A stretch of 64,000 nt of DNA from a virus (lineage: Duplodnaviria; Caudoviricetes). The stretch lies in the IMG/VR virus record IMGVR_UViG_3300022908_000070, positions 1,185 to 65,184 of that record; one strand, given 5' to 3'. Both the position numbers and the translations under genes were made by a program. The first letter of the stretch is position 1, and the number at the start of each line of letters is the position of its first letter. Shown piece after piece: positions 1 through 9,850 of this stretch. The notes under the pieces are model-generated. The model saw only the letters and a list, made by a program, of their open reading frames with translations, was not told the DNA's origin and made no database searches.

Positions 1-1119
1 CCCATCAGACCCGATCCGGTACTGGAGATAGGCATTGGAATTGGGGGAAGGCTGCAATTTCCAGCCGTCCTGCAGCAAGCGACGGATCGCAGCAGCATCT
101 TGCCCCCTCCACCCTCTTTTCAACAGCCAATCCTGTACATCGCTGATACAAAAAGTGACCGTTGCCACATCATCCCGGTTGTCCAATAGAAAAAGGAGGA
201 TCTGGGCGACCTCGCCTTCGAGTTTGTTCCGGTTGTAGCGTTTTACCCGGTGCAGAGCGGCAGTGTCGATTTGTTCCGGACGAAACCACATCCGGGTAGC
301 TGCCTGGGAGATGAAAGGACGCTCAACCAAATAGTGAATAAAGAAGGGAATCTCGGTCCGCAGTTCCGCCAGCAGGCTTTTGTTATCCTGCTGCAATGGC
401 GGTAGCCGTCGTATCCAATAGCGAATCTCTCCGGGGTCGATCTGGATGAAATTATCCTCGTTGTTGCTGCAGAGAACGAACTTTCCAAAAAACTCAATCT
501 CCTGTCGGTCCTGCCCTTTTGCTTCGATCTTGTAATATTTGGAGGTGCTGAGACTTTTGATCCGTTCGCTGTCTTCCTTCCGATCCAGGAAAGTTTCATC
601 AACTCCGATTAATAGTTTATGCGCCCATTCCGCATTGAAATTGCTCCGGAAATCCTCATTACTGTTAATAGTCATATTATCCCCGAAAATGGCCTTCAGG
701 AAGTTGAGGAAAGTTGTTTTGCCGGTATTGCGTTCAGTACTGACTAAGCACAGGATTGGCAGCATTTGGGTTGGATGCAGCAAAAGTATTTTTAGATAGT
801 CCAAACCCAGGTCAAGCTGTTCTCCAAAGACATGATTCAAAAAGAGCAAAGTGAGCTTCGGATAACCGGGTTGGGGTCCATGAGGAAAAGGGTGATAGCT
901 ATTGTAAAACCGACCGATCTCCCGTTTGTAGTCCAGGTGGCCGGGAACAAAGCAAAAGCCGTCATATTTTGGAATAGAGGATAAAAAGGATTTCCCGTGG
1001 TCCTGCTTGATGCATTCCACCGACCAGGGAAGCAAGCTGATCACAAATTTTCCGCCGACGAGGGGCTTTTCAACCTTTTTGAAATACGTAGTGCCAATCC
1101 GGATATATTCCAGTTCCAT
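1..1119 (-). CDS. Primase-helicase family P-loop NTPase (DUF5906-like) of integrative element, truncated by window edge
   Basis: Not in ORF track; I translated it from ATG at 1119 (MELEYIRIGTTYFKKV...) open to base 1; Walker A VSTERNTGKTT, Walker B LLIGVDE, typical of Bacteroidota mobilizable elements. Confidence 0.85.
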   Translation of the reverse strand, partial: MELEYIRIGTTYFKKVEKPLVGGKFVISLLPWSVECIKQDHGKSFLSSIPKYDGFCFVPGHLDYKREIGRFYNSYHPFPHGPQPGYPKLTLLFLNHVFGEQLDLGLDYLKILLLHPTQMLPILCLVSTERNTGKTTFLNFLKAIFGDNMTINSNEDFRSNFNAEWAHKLLIGVDETFLDRKEDSERIKSLSTSKYYKIEAKGQDRQEIEFFGKFVLCSNNEDNFIQIDPGEIRYWIRRLPPLQQDNKSLLAELRTEIPFFIHYLVERPFISQAATRMWFRPEQIDTAALHRVKRYNRNKLEGEVAQILLFLLDNRDDVATVTFCISDVQDWLLKRGWRGQDAAAIRRLLQDGWKLQPSPNSNAYLQYRIGSDG

Positions 1120-1163
1120 TGAAGTTCCTTTTTTGTCAAATGATAATTACCAATGCAAAGAAG

Positions 1164-1481
1164 TCAGGAAACAATAGGCGGGCTGTTTGGGACGCAGGTT
1201 TTGAGAAGGGCCTCAATGTCAGCCATGAGAAAATAAACCCTTGCCCGGACCTTATATGGCTTAAGCTTGCCGTGTCGGGTCCATTCGTAAATAGTAGGCT
1301 TGGTGATCTGAAACAGGTTGCAGACCTCTTTGATGGACAAAAGGGGGCGTGAAGTCATTCCAGCGGGAGGAGCCGGGTAGCTGCCGTTTTTCAGTTTTTC
1401 GCTGAGGAGCCGATCCACTATCTCAGACAGCTTTTGCCAGTATTCATCCGGCGAAATGGGAAATAAAATAGGAGTTTCCAT
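1164..1481 (-). CDS. Excisionase-like helix-turn-helix protein
   Basis: LLSIKEVCNLFQITKPTIYEW...G.LKPYK motif (HTH_17-like); likely start METPILFP at 1481. Confidence 0.8.
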   Translation of the reverse strand: METPILFPISPDEYWQKLSEIVDRLLSEKLKNGSYPAPPAGMTSRPLLSIKEVCNLFQITKPTIYEWTRHGKLKPYKVRARVYFLMADIEALLKTCVPNSPPIVS

Positions 1482-1572
1482 ACTTGTATTCTTTTGAATG
1501 CAAGATCGGGTCTCCTGTAAGGATGAATAAGAATGATACATCTTTCGAAGCCAAAAGACATATCTTATCTTA

Positions 1573-2535
1573 CTATTTCTTCCGGATAGCTGTCTTTTCT
1601 ATAAAGGATTGTAAATCCTCCGCGGTATTGTATAAGGCATCATCACCTATTTCCGCATAATGCTGCAGCAGGATATCAAGGTATTTCTTATGAGTAGTTC
1701 GGGCATTGGGTGTGGAAAGTACTATAGCATCACGCTTTTTATAATATTTAGTCTTATCCAGAATGTTCTTGGGCTTACACCCGGTTATTTGCGCATAATA
1801 GAGTACGGCTTTATGTACGTCCCCGCTATGAATGTTAGGCCGACCAGCTTCCTTCTTAACCAGTTCATGTAAAAGAATCGTATTAATACTTCCCTTATTG
1901 GGGCCTTCCGCAATCTCGCCCTCCTTTCTCTGACATAATTCATCGACCACACCTGGGATATCTAATAATTCTGTCTCCGACTGCATTATTTCCGCAGTGA
2001 TCAAAGGTACTTCCTTGATTTCCGTAGTCAAGACAGTTTCGGAAACCGATTTAGGGGGTTCAGGTTGTACATCACCGAAAGGTAATCTTTGCGCCTCTAT
2101 GGGTATAGAAGATGGCTGTTTTGTAGCGACCTTTTCCAATAAATTATCGCCAGCAAAATAAAGGGTACGGCAAGCATCCAGATATTGAGCAAAAAAAGTT
2201 TGCCGATAAATAATTGCGAATGTGAAAATAAGGCCGGAAACAACCCAAACGTGAAGCGGGCTGGTTGAAATCATTGCTCCACGTAAAAGAAAAATAGCGG
2301 AGCAGGCAAATGCCAGTAGCGGTAGGTATAGCGAGATCCATTGAATTTCCAATTTTCGCCTGTCAATAGCGTATTGCAAAACGAACGTCCCTATATCCCC
2401 ATCTCTCTTTTCAACAGCACTAAGTAATTGCTGTCGGCTGCGGTCAATCGTACAATATTCCGAAAGAGCAAGTTTGCGAAACACCGTACGTACAGTTCCT
2501 TCCCCTTCTATCCACGTGTTTGCATTTCTTTTCAT
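1573..2535 (-). CDS. Hypothetical membrane protein
   Basis: 320 aa ORF with two hydrophobic segments near residues 65-110. Confidence 0.6.
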   Translation of the reverse strand: MKRNANTWIEGEGTVRTVFRKLALSEYCTIDRSRQQLLSAVEKRDGDIGTFVLQYAIDRRKLEIQWISLYLPLLAFACSAIFLLRGAMISTSPLHVWVVSGLIFTFAIIYRQTFFAQYLDACRTLYFAGDNLLEKVATKQPSSIPIEAQRLPFGDVQPEPPKSVSETVLTTEIKEVPLITAEIMQSETELLDIPGVVDELCQRKEGEIAEGPNKGSINTILLHELVKKEAGRPNIHSGDVHKAVLYYAQITGCKPKNILDKTKYYKKRDAIVLSTPNARTTHKKYLDILLQHYAEIGDDALYNTAEDLQSFIEKTAIRKK

Positions 2536-2650
2536 AATAAGGCCATTTTACTCAATTTAATAAAAAAAGGCAAAATTCTACCCTTGCAAATCACATTTTA
2601 TCAATTCCTTTGCTAATTTGATTACCTATTATTAGATTTACACTGTTATA

Positions 2651-3460
2651 TTGCAGTTTTTCTTAACAACTCCCCATATGATTGCTCTCAAAAGCAGCAT
2701 GATTGATACCAAAGCAATAACCTTTCTGGCCAAAAACTACAATACGCTTAATTATTCTCCAGAATTAATTGAACTCTTATCTATAGTTTATCCAAATCAA
2801 AATTTTGTTGACTGTTCAAAATATGAACTTCATCAAAAGCTAAATGAAGTTCTGGTAGAATATTATCATGGAGAGCAAACATTAAAATATTCTCTTTTTA
2901 AACGATATGTAAAAAAAAAGAGTTACGTCGGCGCCTTCGAAATTAAGGTCAACAATAGCCGAGCTGACTTCCTAACAATTAACGGCCACACCACTTGTTT
3001 TGAAATAAAATCAGATTTAGATAATTTTTCAAAATTCGATAAGCAGGCAGCGGATTATTCGCTTGCATTTGAGTATAATTATCTCGTTGTCTCAAAATAT
3101 CACATGGAGAAGGCGCAACGAATTTTACCAAACCATTTTGGTCTTATGATTTTTCAAAAAGGAAAATATAGGGAGATAAAGAGAGCATGTCTAAACAATA
3201 AAATCGATGCTAAGACGCAGCTAACATTATTAAGCAAGAGAGAGATTATTCAAGCTTTTCGAGAGGTAGACGGAAATCACGATGAAATACTGAAACATTT
3301 TACTCCAAAAACAATTAATACGCGGTTTAAAAAAACACTAAAAAATAGGTATTTAACTCGTTGGAATTTTTTGACATTGCATCAAACAAAAATCTTGCCG
3401 ATTGATATCCAATTTTTCTTTCAGACCAACATATTACCCGATCATGTATACCATCATTGA
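2651..3460 (+). CDS. sce7726-family protein (PD-(D/E)xK-like nuclease fold)
   Basis: SRADF...FEIKSDLD...Q...Y...F motif; convergent with sce7725-like gene. Confidence 0.8.
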   Translation: MQFFLTTPHMIALKSSMIDTKAITFLAKNYNTLNYSPELIELLSIVYPNQNFVDCSKYELHQKLNEVLVEYYHGEQTLKYSLFKRYVKKKSYVGAFEIKVNNSRADFLTINGHTTCFEIKSDLDNFSKFDKQAADYSLAFEYNYLVVSKYHMEKAQRILPNHFGLMIFQKGKYREIKRACLNNKIDAKTQLTLLSKREIIQAFREVDGNHDEILKHFTPKTINTRFKKTLKNRYLTRWNFLTLHQTKILPIDIQFFFQTNILPDHVYHH

Positions 3461-3471
3461 ATCTAACGGCC

Positions 3472-4584
3472 TTAATTAAAAAAACCTTCCATAATTTTCT
3501 CTCTAAGACAATGTAAGTAATGTTCCATTCCGATCCTCTTGAACTTAGCCGCACTTTGACCAGGTTCTTGCCTATTATGTATCCTATCAAGTATTTTCCA
3601 CCCCACATTTCGTAGGCCCAAATAATCCAATTTACTTTTTTTCATTCGCTGGGTGGGGGCAGAGTTTACGATATCAGGGATCATAATTGTTTCATATGTT
3701 TCCGGCCTCTGATAGATTCCCTTAAACCCATAGAACTCATTTCTAACGGCATCATAATAAATAAATCCGGGACTTACAGTACCGCCATCGTTAACTTCAT
3801 CTTTTTTTATCCCTGCGTAATCAGAAAAGCAATCACCTCCAAAATCTTTATACTTCTCTAACAAACCATTATCAATACAATCTACTTTTTCATTATGCTC
3901 AAGCCCAACATTAGTTAATTCATTAGAAATAGAATTTCGATGAATTATTACCGTACATAATAGACGGCGCAGCTGCTCAACTATTTCAATTTGATCTTCG
4001 TCAGTAATATCTAATTCTGTTTCGCCCCAGTCCATTATTAAATAATCATCGATAGTTATTACTTTCTTAATTTGCTCTAAATCTCTTGATATGAAGCCAT
4101 CAGGAAATGTCCTAAATGCCAAACTTTTAAAATGAGGTCTTAAATCCTTCTCCTGTAATAGAATAGACCCTCGCTCACTTGATCTTCCGAAGTAAGTAGA
4201 AATAACCGGTATAACTTTCGACGCAAGCGGTTCTAATTTTTTAATGTATTCAGTGCGTTTCAAGCGATCACCTACAACAGTTCTCAGAAAAGAAAAGGTG
4301 GGAAGCTTCATTTTACGAGACTCTTTTAGATGAATAGGCAGATCGACAAAAACTTTTTCCGACTTAATTTCCCTTATAAGTGGCAAGTAAACTTTTTCAA
4401 ACGTCTTATCTTCACGTCTTTTAATTGAGCTTCCCATGCCCTTCTGCTTAGGAGGCATCCGATCCAATTCCTTAATTATCTCCAAGCAAGGGTAAATATT
4501 TTCACCGAAATCGAAGGATTTCAGTACGTAAAACTCCTGTTGCCTCCCTCTAAAAATTGGTACATACTTTAAATTTATGTTCAT
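3472..4584 (-). CDS. sce7725 / beta-family protein
   Basis: N-terminal YVPIFRGRQQE, IYPCLE, FSDYA...GG, C-terminal K.IGMEH; neighbour of sce7726. Confidence 0.75.
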   Translation of the reverse strand: MNINLKYVPIFRGRQQEFYVLKSFDFGENIYPCLEIIKELDRMPPKQKGMGSSIKRREDKTFEKVYLPLIREIKSEKVFVDLPIHLKESRKMKLPTFSFLRTVVGDRLKRTEYIKKLEPLASKVIPVISTYFGRSSERGSILLQEKDLRPHFKSLAFRTFPDGFISRDLEQIKKVITIDDYLIMDWGETELDITDEDQIEIVEQLRRLLCTVIIHRNSISNELTNVGLEHNEKVDCIDNGLLEKYKDFGGDCFSDYAGIKKDEVNDGGTVSPGFIYYDAVRNEFYGFKGIYQRPETYETIMIPDIVNSAPTQRMKKSKLDYLGLRNVGWKILDRIHNRQEPGQSAAKFKRIGMEHYLHCLREKIMEGFFN

Positions 4585-4604
4585 AATATGGCTTTAAATT
4601 TATA

Positions 4605-5717
4605 TCAGGCACCTTTCACATTATTAATCACGTCATCCAAAACAACTTTTAATTTAAGATCATTACCGAACGAATATGGAATGATTTTCAAATACTGCAA
4701 TCTCGCTACAATTATAGCTGGGTGAGTTTCGTGTTTTCGAGCTATTTGTCTTATTTCTTTTTCAGTAGGTCGCCCACTTATCTCTGTGGTAATATCGACA
4801 GGAAGAAGCGATCTATTTGCAAATTCATCTGCCTCTTTTTCTTTGTCAGGATCCAGTTTATGTTCATCCAAATCTTCAATAAATACTTCTTTCTTTCCAT
4901 GTAAAAGAATATGCGCTGCTTCGTGATAAAAAGTAAACCAAAAATGGTCGTTTGATTTATATCTGTCTGTTAATTGAATAATAGGATTTCCTCCAATCCA
5001 TCTTGCAGCTCCACTAATCGGAGCTTTAGAAATACACATAACATAAACTACAACTACTCCAGCCAATAAACACATTTCTTGCAAACGTGTGGCAAAATCT
5101 TCAGGATGATCCTTAACCAGCTTGCGTACGCCTATTAAACTTTGTTTAAACGTACCTTTATCGTAGGATTCCAAGTCGCCTATTTTTCGCATTTCTATTT
5201 CTCCTATCCTTAGCCATGCTGCCATACTGCCTAGAGTAGTCTGATGGGCATCACTTTTGCGAAATCCTGTTGTTACATATTGATCAACATATAACGACTC
5301 CCATTGGGAAGGGGTCGCTACTCCGTAAAACTGAAGACATTCATCCACCATAGCAGTTCCCACCTTATCGCTCTTAATATATCCTGCATTTTTTAATTCT
5401 TTGATAGGCTGAGCTTTTAACCAATCCATGCATTCCTCCAAAGCTTCTTCCTGTTCAAGCCTTGCCAATTTTTCACGGAAAATCATCTCTCTATTAAGCC
5501 AAAACTTCGCATCGATCCCTAACACTTTCTCCAGTTGTAAAGCTGTTGCTACAGTAATAGGTTCTTTCCCTGAGATTAAATCGTTCACTTTAGAAGGTGT
5601 CCTTCCCATTCTTTCGGCTAACTCAGCCTGACTCATTTTAATATACTCAATAGTTTCTAATATAGTATCTCCAGGCTTGGAGAGTAAGTCTCTTTCATCT
5701 TTTAATTTGTTACTCAT
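4605..5717 (-). CDS. HigA-type XRE HTH fused to ImmA/IrrE metallopeptidase
   Basis: PGDTI...MSQAELAERMG HTH, FWLN, HEXXH (FTFYHEAAH), EKEADEFA. Confidence 0.9.
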   Translation of the reverse strand: MSNKLKDERDLLSKPGDTILETIEYIKMSQAELAERMGRTPSKVNDLISGKEPITVATALQLEKVLGIDAKFWLNREMIFREKLARLEQEEALEECMDWLKAQPIKELKNAGYIKSDKVGTAMVDECLQFYGVATPSQWESLYVDQYVTTGFRKSDAHQTTLGSMAAWLRIGEIEMRKIGDLESYDKGTFKQSLIGVRKLVKDHPEDFATRLQEMCLLAGVVVVYVMCISKAPISGAARWIGGNPIIQLTDRYKSNDHFWFTFYHEAAHILLHGKKEVFIEDLDEHKLDPDKEKEADEFANRSLLPVDITTEISGRPTEKEIRQIARKHETHPAIIVARLQYLKIIPYSFGNDLKLKVVLDDVINNVKGA

Positions 5718-5739
5718 GATCTTCTTTTAGTTGTAGCAG

Positions 5740-6072
5740 TTAGTGATAGTCTCCAGTTTCAATAATACGGATGTCTGTTACAAAAATCGAATTAATACCT
5801 CCATCCTCTGTTTTGGGAATTGGATCATTTGCAATGACGAAAATCAAACGGTGATTTGCAGATATATCTACAGCCCATTCTCCCACCCTATCACCAGTCA
5901 GCGGATGACAATTAGCAGCAGGGATTTGCATTAACACTGCCAAATTTGGCGAAGCTCTAATATCTTCCATTCTTGCTGACACCCTCTTAGCATTAACCCC
6001 AAATGCTTTTTTGATTTCCGAAGCATCACTCAACTGCTTCTTTAATTTATTATTCTTATAATCTATATTCAT
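5740..6072 (-). CDS. HigB/RelE-like toxin (killer-protein family)
   Basis: CHPLTGDRVGEWAVDISANHRLIF and terminal DYH; upstream of HigA-like gene. Confidence 0.85.
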   Translation of the reverse strand: MNIDYKNNKLKKQLSDASEIKKAFGVNAKRVSARMEDIRASPNLAVLMQIPAANCHPLTGDRVGEWAVDISANHRLIFVIANDPIPKTEDGGINSIFVTDIRIIETGDYH

Positions 6073-6316
6073 TGCAAAAATAGTTTTTATTACCGAAAAA
6101 GGGTAATAAATTTTACAAATTTATATATTTATTATCTAGGTTGGTTAAAACACCAAAAAACAATCAATCATTTTTTATATAACTACACAACTGATTGATA
6201 TCTAACTATTAAGTTACTAATAAGGAGATGAAAGAGGAATTTTTGCATGGCAAAGGTTTAGTTAATAAGGAGTTATACGTAAAGTATATAAATAATCCTT
6301 AAAAAAGCAAATCAGG

Positions 6317-7639
6317 TTAAATCATTTCTCCTCGTTTTTTCCATATCTCTTGAATCTTCCTTCCCGCTTCCTCAGGTGTAATACGAATATATTTATAGAA
6401 ATCTTTCAGACTTTTATGCCCGCTGATCTTCATAATCAGTTCAGGCGGTGTCCCAGCTAGAAACTCATTCGTACAGAAAGAGCGCCGACACGTATGGGTC
6501 GTAATCCAGGAATATTTTGGCTTAGTACTGACAACATCCTGATTCCCCTTCTTATGAGAAGCCTTAATGGGAGAAATGATGCCCGCCAACTGACCTACCT
6601 TCTTTATATACCGGTTAAGCTCAGCGTTAGTTGTCTTGGGAACGTTCTGTCCAAACCGATTGATCAATATATCATGCGCCTCCGGGCGGAGCGGGATCAC
6701 AACCCAATGATCCGATTTACCCTGCTTTTTATATAACATTCCCTTACGAATATCCTCCGGCTTGATCCCGTTAAAATCGGAAAAACGCAGTCCAGTAAAA
6801 CATCCCAGGACAAACAAATCCCGGAAACGGCACCATTCCGGATGCCCAGACAGGTCCACGTTATATAAGGTCCGAATTTCCTGAACCGTCAGGTAAATAG
6901 CGTCCGTTTCCTCGTCCAGGATCTTAAAGTCGGTAAGGTCTATCGCCGGAATGATCTTCCGTCTCATCCTGTCCCGGAGGAATATCCGCAGCTGCTTGAT
7001 ACTCGTCCCAACAGAGTTCTTTTTCAAGCCGCGCAGGACTGTCAGTCGACGTCTGTGGATATGCTCATAAGTAAGGTAATTAACGAAGGACTCATAAAAA
7101 TTGTAGTCGAAGCTGGAAAAGGTAATTTTCTCTTTACGGTGCTTTTGAAAGGAAAGTAACCGCTGTTTCATCACATTATAGGTCCGGACCATCCCGGTGC
7201 TGACTTTCCGGGTTTTAGTCTTTATATAATCATCAAGCTGATAAAAGAAATCGAGATTGGCGGCTGTCTGCCTCTCCTCAACTAATGCCTCCTGCTTTGC
7301 CCTTTCGGATAGAGTAGCCGGGTCAAAATCCGGCTGGAACATTTTCTTTAAGAAATCAACCGGATCTTCCATTTTCTGCTGGATGGCAAAAGATACAATA
7401 TCCTCCGCCGTCCGAACCATCTTCTGCAGCCGCAGGTTCAGTTCATCCGCCTTCCCATACTGTTCCGGCAGTTCCTGCGATATTCTCAGCAGCTTCTTGT
7501 TCCAATACTTTGGCGGCACAGCCAGGCCGGTATACAACAGGGTCCGTTTGTCGGACGAATAACAATATTGAATGGAAATAACACTGGTTCCGTTCCGGCG
7601 CGGCCGGCGGTCGATGATCGGTTTGATAGGTAGTAACAT
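6317..7639 (-). CDS. Tyrosine integrase of the integrative element
   Basis: TGLRFSD, HTCRRSF, ISGH, Y catalytic motifs; arm-binding N-terminus; next to att site. Confidence 0.95.
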   Translation of the reverse strand: MLLPIKPIIDRRPRRNGTSVISIQYCYSSDKRTLLYTGLAVPPKYWNKKLLRISQELPEQYGKADELNLRLQKMVRTAEDIVSFAIQQKMEDPVDFLKKMFQPDFDPATLSERAKQEALVEERQTAANLDFFYQLDDYIKTKTRKVSTGMVRTYNVMKQRLLSFQKHRKEKITFSSFDYNFYESFVNYLTYEHIHRRRLTVLRGLKKNSVGTSIKQLRIFLRDRMRRKIIPAIDLTDFKILDEETDAIYLTVQEIRTLYNVDLSGHPEWCRFRDLFVLGCFTGLRFSDFNGIKPEDIRKGMLYKKQGKSDHWVVIPLRPEAHDILINRFGQNVPKTTNAELNRYIKKVGQLAGIISPIKASHKKGNQDVVSTKPKYSWITTHTCRRSFCTNEFLAGTPPELIMKISGHKSLKDFYKYIRITPEEAGRKIQEIWKKRGEMI

Positions 7640-7756
7640 GATTTTGTCGATTTTTTTGTCGATCTAAATAATGTTTACCCAAATAAAGTTACGAAGTAAA
7701 ACAGCCACCCCCTTGTTACAAAATACTGAAAATCAACCCTTCCAAAGTAAAACGGG

Positions 7757-7792
7757 GTAAAATAAAATAAGGATTACTTCGTGTAATCCTTA
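7757..7792 (-). terminator. Intrinsic terminator after tRNA 3'-end copy
   Basis: Perfect 10-bp stem TAAGGATTAC / GTAATCCTTA (7768-7792) followed by T-rich tract on minus strand. Confidence 0.7.
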
Positions 7793-7798
7793 CTGTTA

Positions 7799-7818
7799 GT
7801 GACCCGGATTGGATTCGA
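7799..7818 (-). other. att core: duplicated tRNA 3' end (T-loop and acceptor stem, probably tRNA-Arg)
   Basis: Minus strand TCGAATCCAATCCGGGTCAC; the rest of the tRNA is absent; isotype from memory of Bacteroidota tRNA-Arg(TCT), not verified. Confidence 0.75.
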
Positions 7819-7900
7819 CCTTGTTTTATAATATATTAACACTCATTTACTTAAGAGGACCAAAATATAAGTGGTACAACATATTTGGATTTTATCAATG

Positions 7901-7940
7901 AAAAACGGCCCCAAGTCTCTCCGATCGGGGCCGCTCTTTT
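7901..7940. terminator. Probable (bidirectional) terminator
   Basis: AAAAA CGGCCCC ... GGGGCCG CTCTTTT hairpin. Confidence 0.55.
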
Positions 7941-8229
7941 CCACCGACCCGGGCGGCGACTACTAAATCTCGGCCCTACCAAAAAAGTAAGCCCCGGACC
8001 TATTCGGTTGGGGCTCATAAATAAGTTGCTACGAACCAGAGTGCTACTATAAGATCGTGATCCGGGGACCTACCCGGCGAAATCCCACAGGCGTCCATGT
8101 GATCCGCCTCCGGCAGCCAGAGCCCTACAACCTAAACCTTGAACCTGTAAGAAGACCAATATACGAATTATTTTCATTTGTTGGGGTATACCCCTACTTT
8201 ATTGCCTTAATTTTCTAGGACATTGCCGG

Positions 8230-8457
8230 ATGATCGGCAATAGGGATAAAAAGGTTTTACGGGCGTTTGGCAACAACTTGAAAAAGATTAGGTTATCTCG
8301 CAAATTGAGCATCCGAAAATTAGCACTGGAGGCCGACATTGACTTTAGCCACCTCAATGAGATTGAGAAAGGGAGGAGCAATCCAGCGCTTACGACTATC
8401 CTTGTTCTGGCTAAAGCTCTTCAGATTCCCCCCGCCGACCTCCTGCCCTCTTCATAG
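8230..8457 (+). CDS. XRE-family transcriptional regulator
   Basis: FGNNLKKIR...LSIRKLA...IEKGRSNP HTH_3 pattern. Confidence 0.85.
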   Translation: MIGNRDKKVLRAFGNNLKKIRLSRKLSIRKLALEADIDFSHLNEIEKGRSNPALTTILVLAKALQIPPADLLPSS

Positions 8458-8710
8458 CCCAGTTATATTTCTTTTGGCCTTCAACCAAGCGACGCAAGGT
8501 AGATTCCTTTATGCCGGTAGCCTGATGGATATGGAAAACATGCCGGAAAGCAAAACGCTTCGGATCCTCTATCAGCCTTTCAATGACCCCTTTTCGGAAG
8601 CCGATAGCCTCTTTCCATTGAGATATAGGGGCATAGTCGAACAGCTGATTGATCCTGGTGATGGTCTTGTCTTTGATGGCCTGATGTATGGAGTTGAGTG
8701 GGATAGGCAT
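8411..8710 (-). CDS. Hypothetical protein (HTH-like)
   Basis: ORF from MPIPLNS; overlaps XRE gene 3' end. Confidence 0.5.
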   Translation of the reverse strand: MPIPLNSIHQAIKDKTITRINQLFDYAPISQWKEAIGFRKGVIERLIEDPKRFAFRHVFHIHQATGIKESTLRRLVEGQKKYNWAMKRAGGRRGESEEL

Positions 8711-8781
8711 GGGGCTAAGGTACAAAAAAGCCCGACATAGAAATGCCGAGCCAGATGATACAAATGGTCACCCGGTTATTT

Positions 8782-9012
8782 TTAAGAAATGATGTGAAGG
8801 GGGATTTCGATGAACTCGAAAAACTTGAATAGATCTTGGATTTCCTGAGCTCTGACTACGAGCATGTGCCGCCCCTGATTTTCTTCATCCTCTTCGTATT
8901 CAGAGGACAACTTCGGATAGTTGCTCAATACGGCACGTATGCCTTCCTCTTCGATAAGAGAGTAGCCCCTTATGACTACCTCGCTGTTCTGTACTATTAG
9001 TTTTGCTTTCAT
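8782..9012 (-). CDS. Hypothetical protein
   Basis: 76 aa ORF with ATG start in intergenic space. Confidence 0.55.
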   Translation of the reverse strand: MKAKLIVQNSEVVIRGYSLIEEEGIRAVLSNYPKLSSEYEEDEENQGRHMLVVRAQEIQDLFKFFEFIEIPLHIIS

Positions 9013-9129
9013 GAATCAAAGGAAAACAAAACCCCGGACAATATCTTACGGTAAACCGTAAAGAAGAAAAAAGGCCCGGATAAAAATCCAGGCCGTGGCC
9101 AAAACTTTCTGCTGATGAAAATGCGCTCT

Positions 9130-9654
9130 TTAGACGGCTGGCGTCTCTGCCACCGGCTGAGGATCGCCAAGCGTGACGACCAGGTCCGTGTCGGCTTCGC
9201 TGACCGGGGCGCTGATGGTTACATGCACAGTAACGGACTTGCTCTTTGTAACGACCTCGTTCGTGTTTGGGTCGGCATACGTTGCGTCCGCAGTGATCGT
9301 AATATCAGTTTCCCCTACAGCCACGCCCTGAATATCCAGGATGGCGGTATCCGGGCCGTCCGTGGGATCTACCACCACCACTGCGATATTAGGATCAGCG
9401 GATACAAAAGTCTCATTTGCGAATGTGGCTGTGATTGGCGAACCGTCGGCATGATTGACAAGGCTGATGACGCCCTGTACAAATTCCTTGATGTTTAACT
9501 TGCTGCTCATAATAATTCCCTCAAATTTTAAATGTTTATAAATAATGGATGATACGACAAGTCGGGTCTTTGCCTGCCGGGGGCGCCTGCGCCGGGAAAG
9601 AATTATCCCCGATGCAATGACGATAGCCGAGAGGCAAATGAGTGTTTTAATCAT
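9130..9654 (-). CDS. Ig-like (Big_2-like) domain protein with N-terminal membrane anchor
   Basis: MIKTLICLSAIVIASGIILSRRRR then SADPNIAVV...GVAVGETDITIT; ATGA overlap with upstream ORF. Confidence 0.6.
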   Translation of the reverse strand: MIKTLICLSAIVIASGIILSRRRRPRQAKTRLVVSSIIYKHLKFEGIIMSSKLNIKEFVQGVISLVNHADGSPITATFANETFVSADPNIAVVVVDPTDGPDTAILDIQGVAVGETDITITADATYADPNTNEVVTKSKSVTVHVTISAPVSEADTDLVVTLGDPQPVAETPAV

Positions 9655-9833
9655 ATATCCTGTTTTACGTTCTCTCCCGTTCTCCAGTCCCACAGCTGCC
9701 ATCCTTTAGTGGGCTGGTCCTGCGGGATGCCCACGATCCGGCAGGGTTGACCCAGCTGAAGAAAGGGCAGCCAGCGGGCTATATCCGGCTTCCACGGTTT
9801 AGGGGGTGGGTGTCTGACCAATTTACGGGCCAT
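9651..9833 (-). CDS. Small hypothetical protein
   Basis: 60 aa, stop overlaps next start. Confidence 0.5.
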   Translation of the reverse strand: MARKLVRHPPPKPWKPDIARWLPFLQLGQPCRIVGIPQDQPTKGWQLWDWRTGENVKQDI

Positions 9834-9850
9834 GGTTAGAGGTTAAAATC

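Larger units (their letters stand above)
1..7798 (-). mobile_element. Integrative (mobilizable) element, integrase end; continues beyond left edge
   Basis: integrase-cargo-xis-primase/helicase order beginning right after a tRNA 3'-end copy. Confidence 0.8.

Noticed and set aside
243-602. 119-aa minus-strand ORF in the track
   Set aside because: Off-frame shadow of the primase-helicase gene (1-1119)
7799-7870. Possible intact tRNA
   Set aside because: Only ~20 nt of T-loop/acceptor arm; no D or anticodon arm
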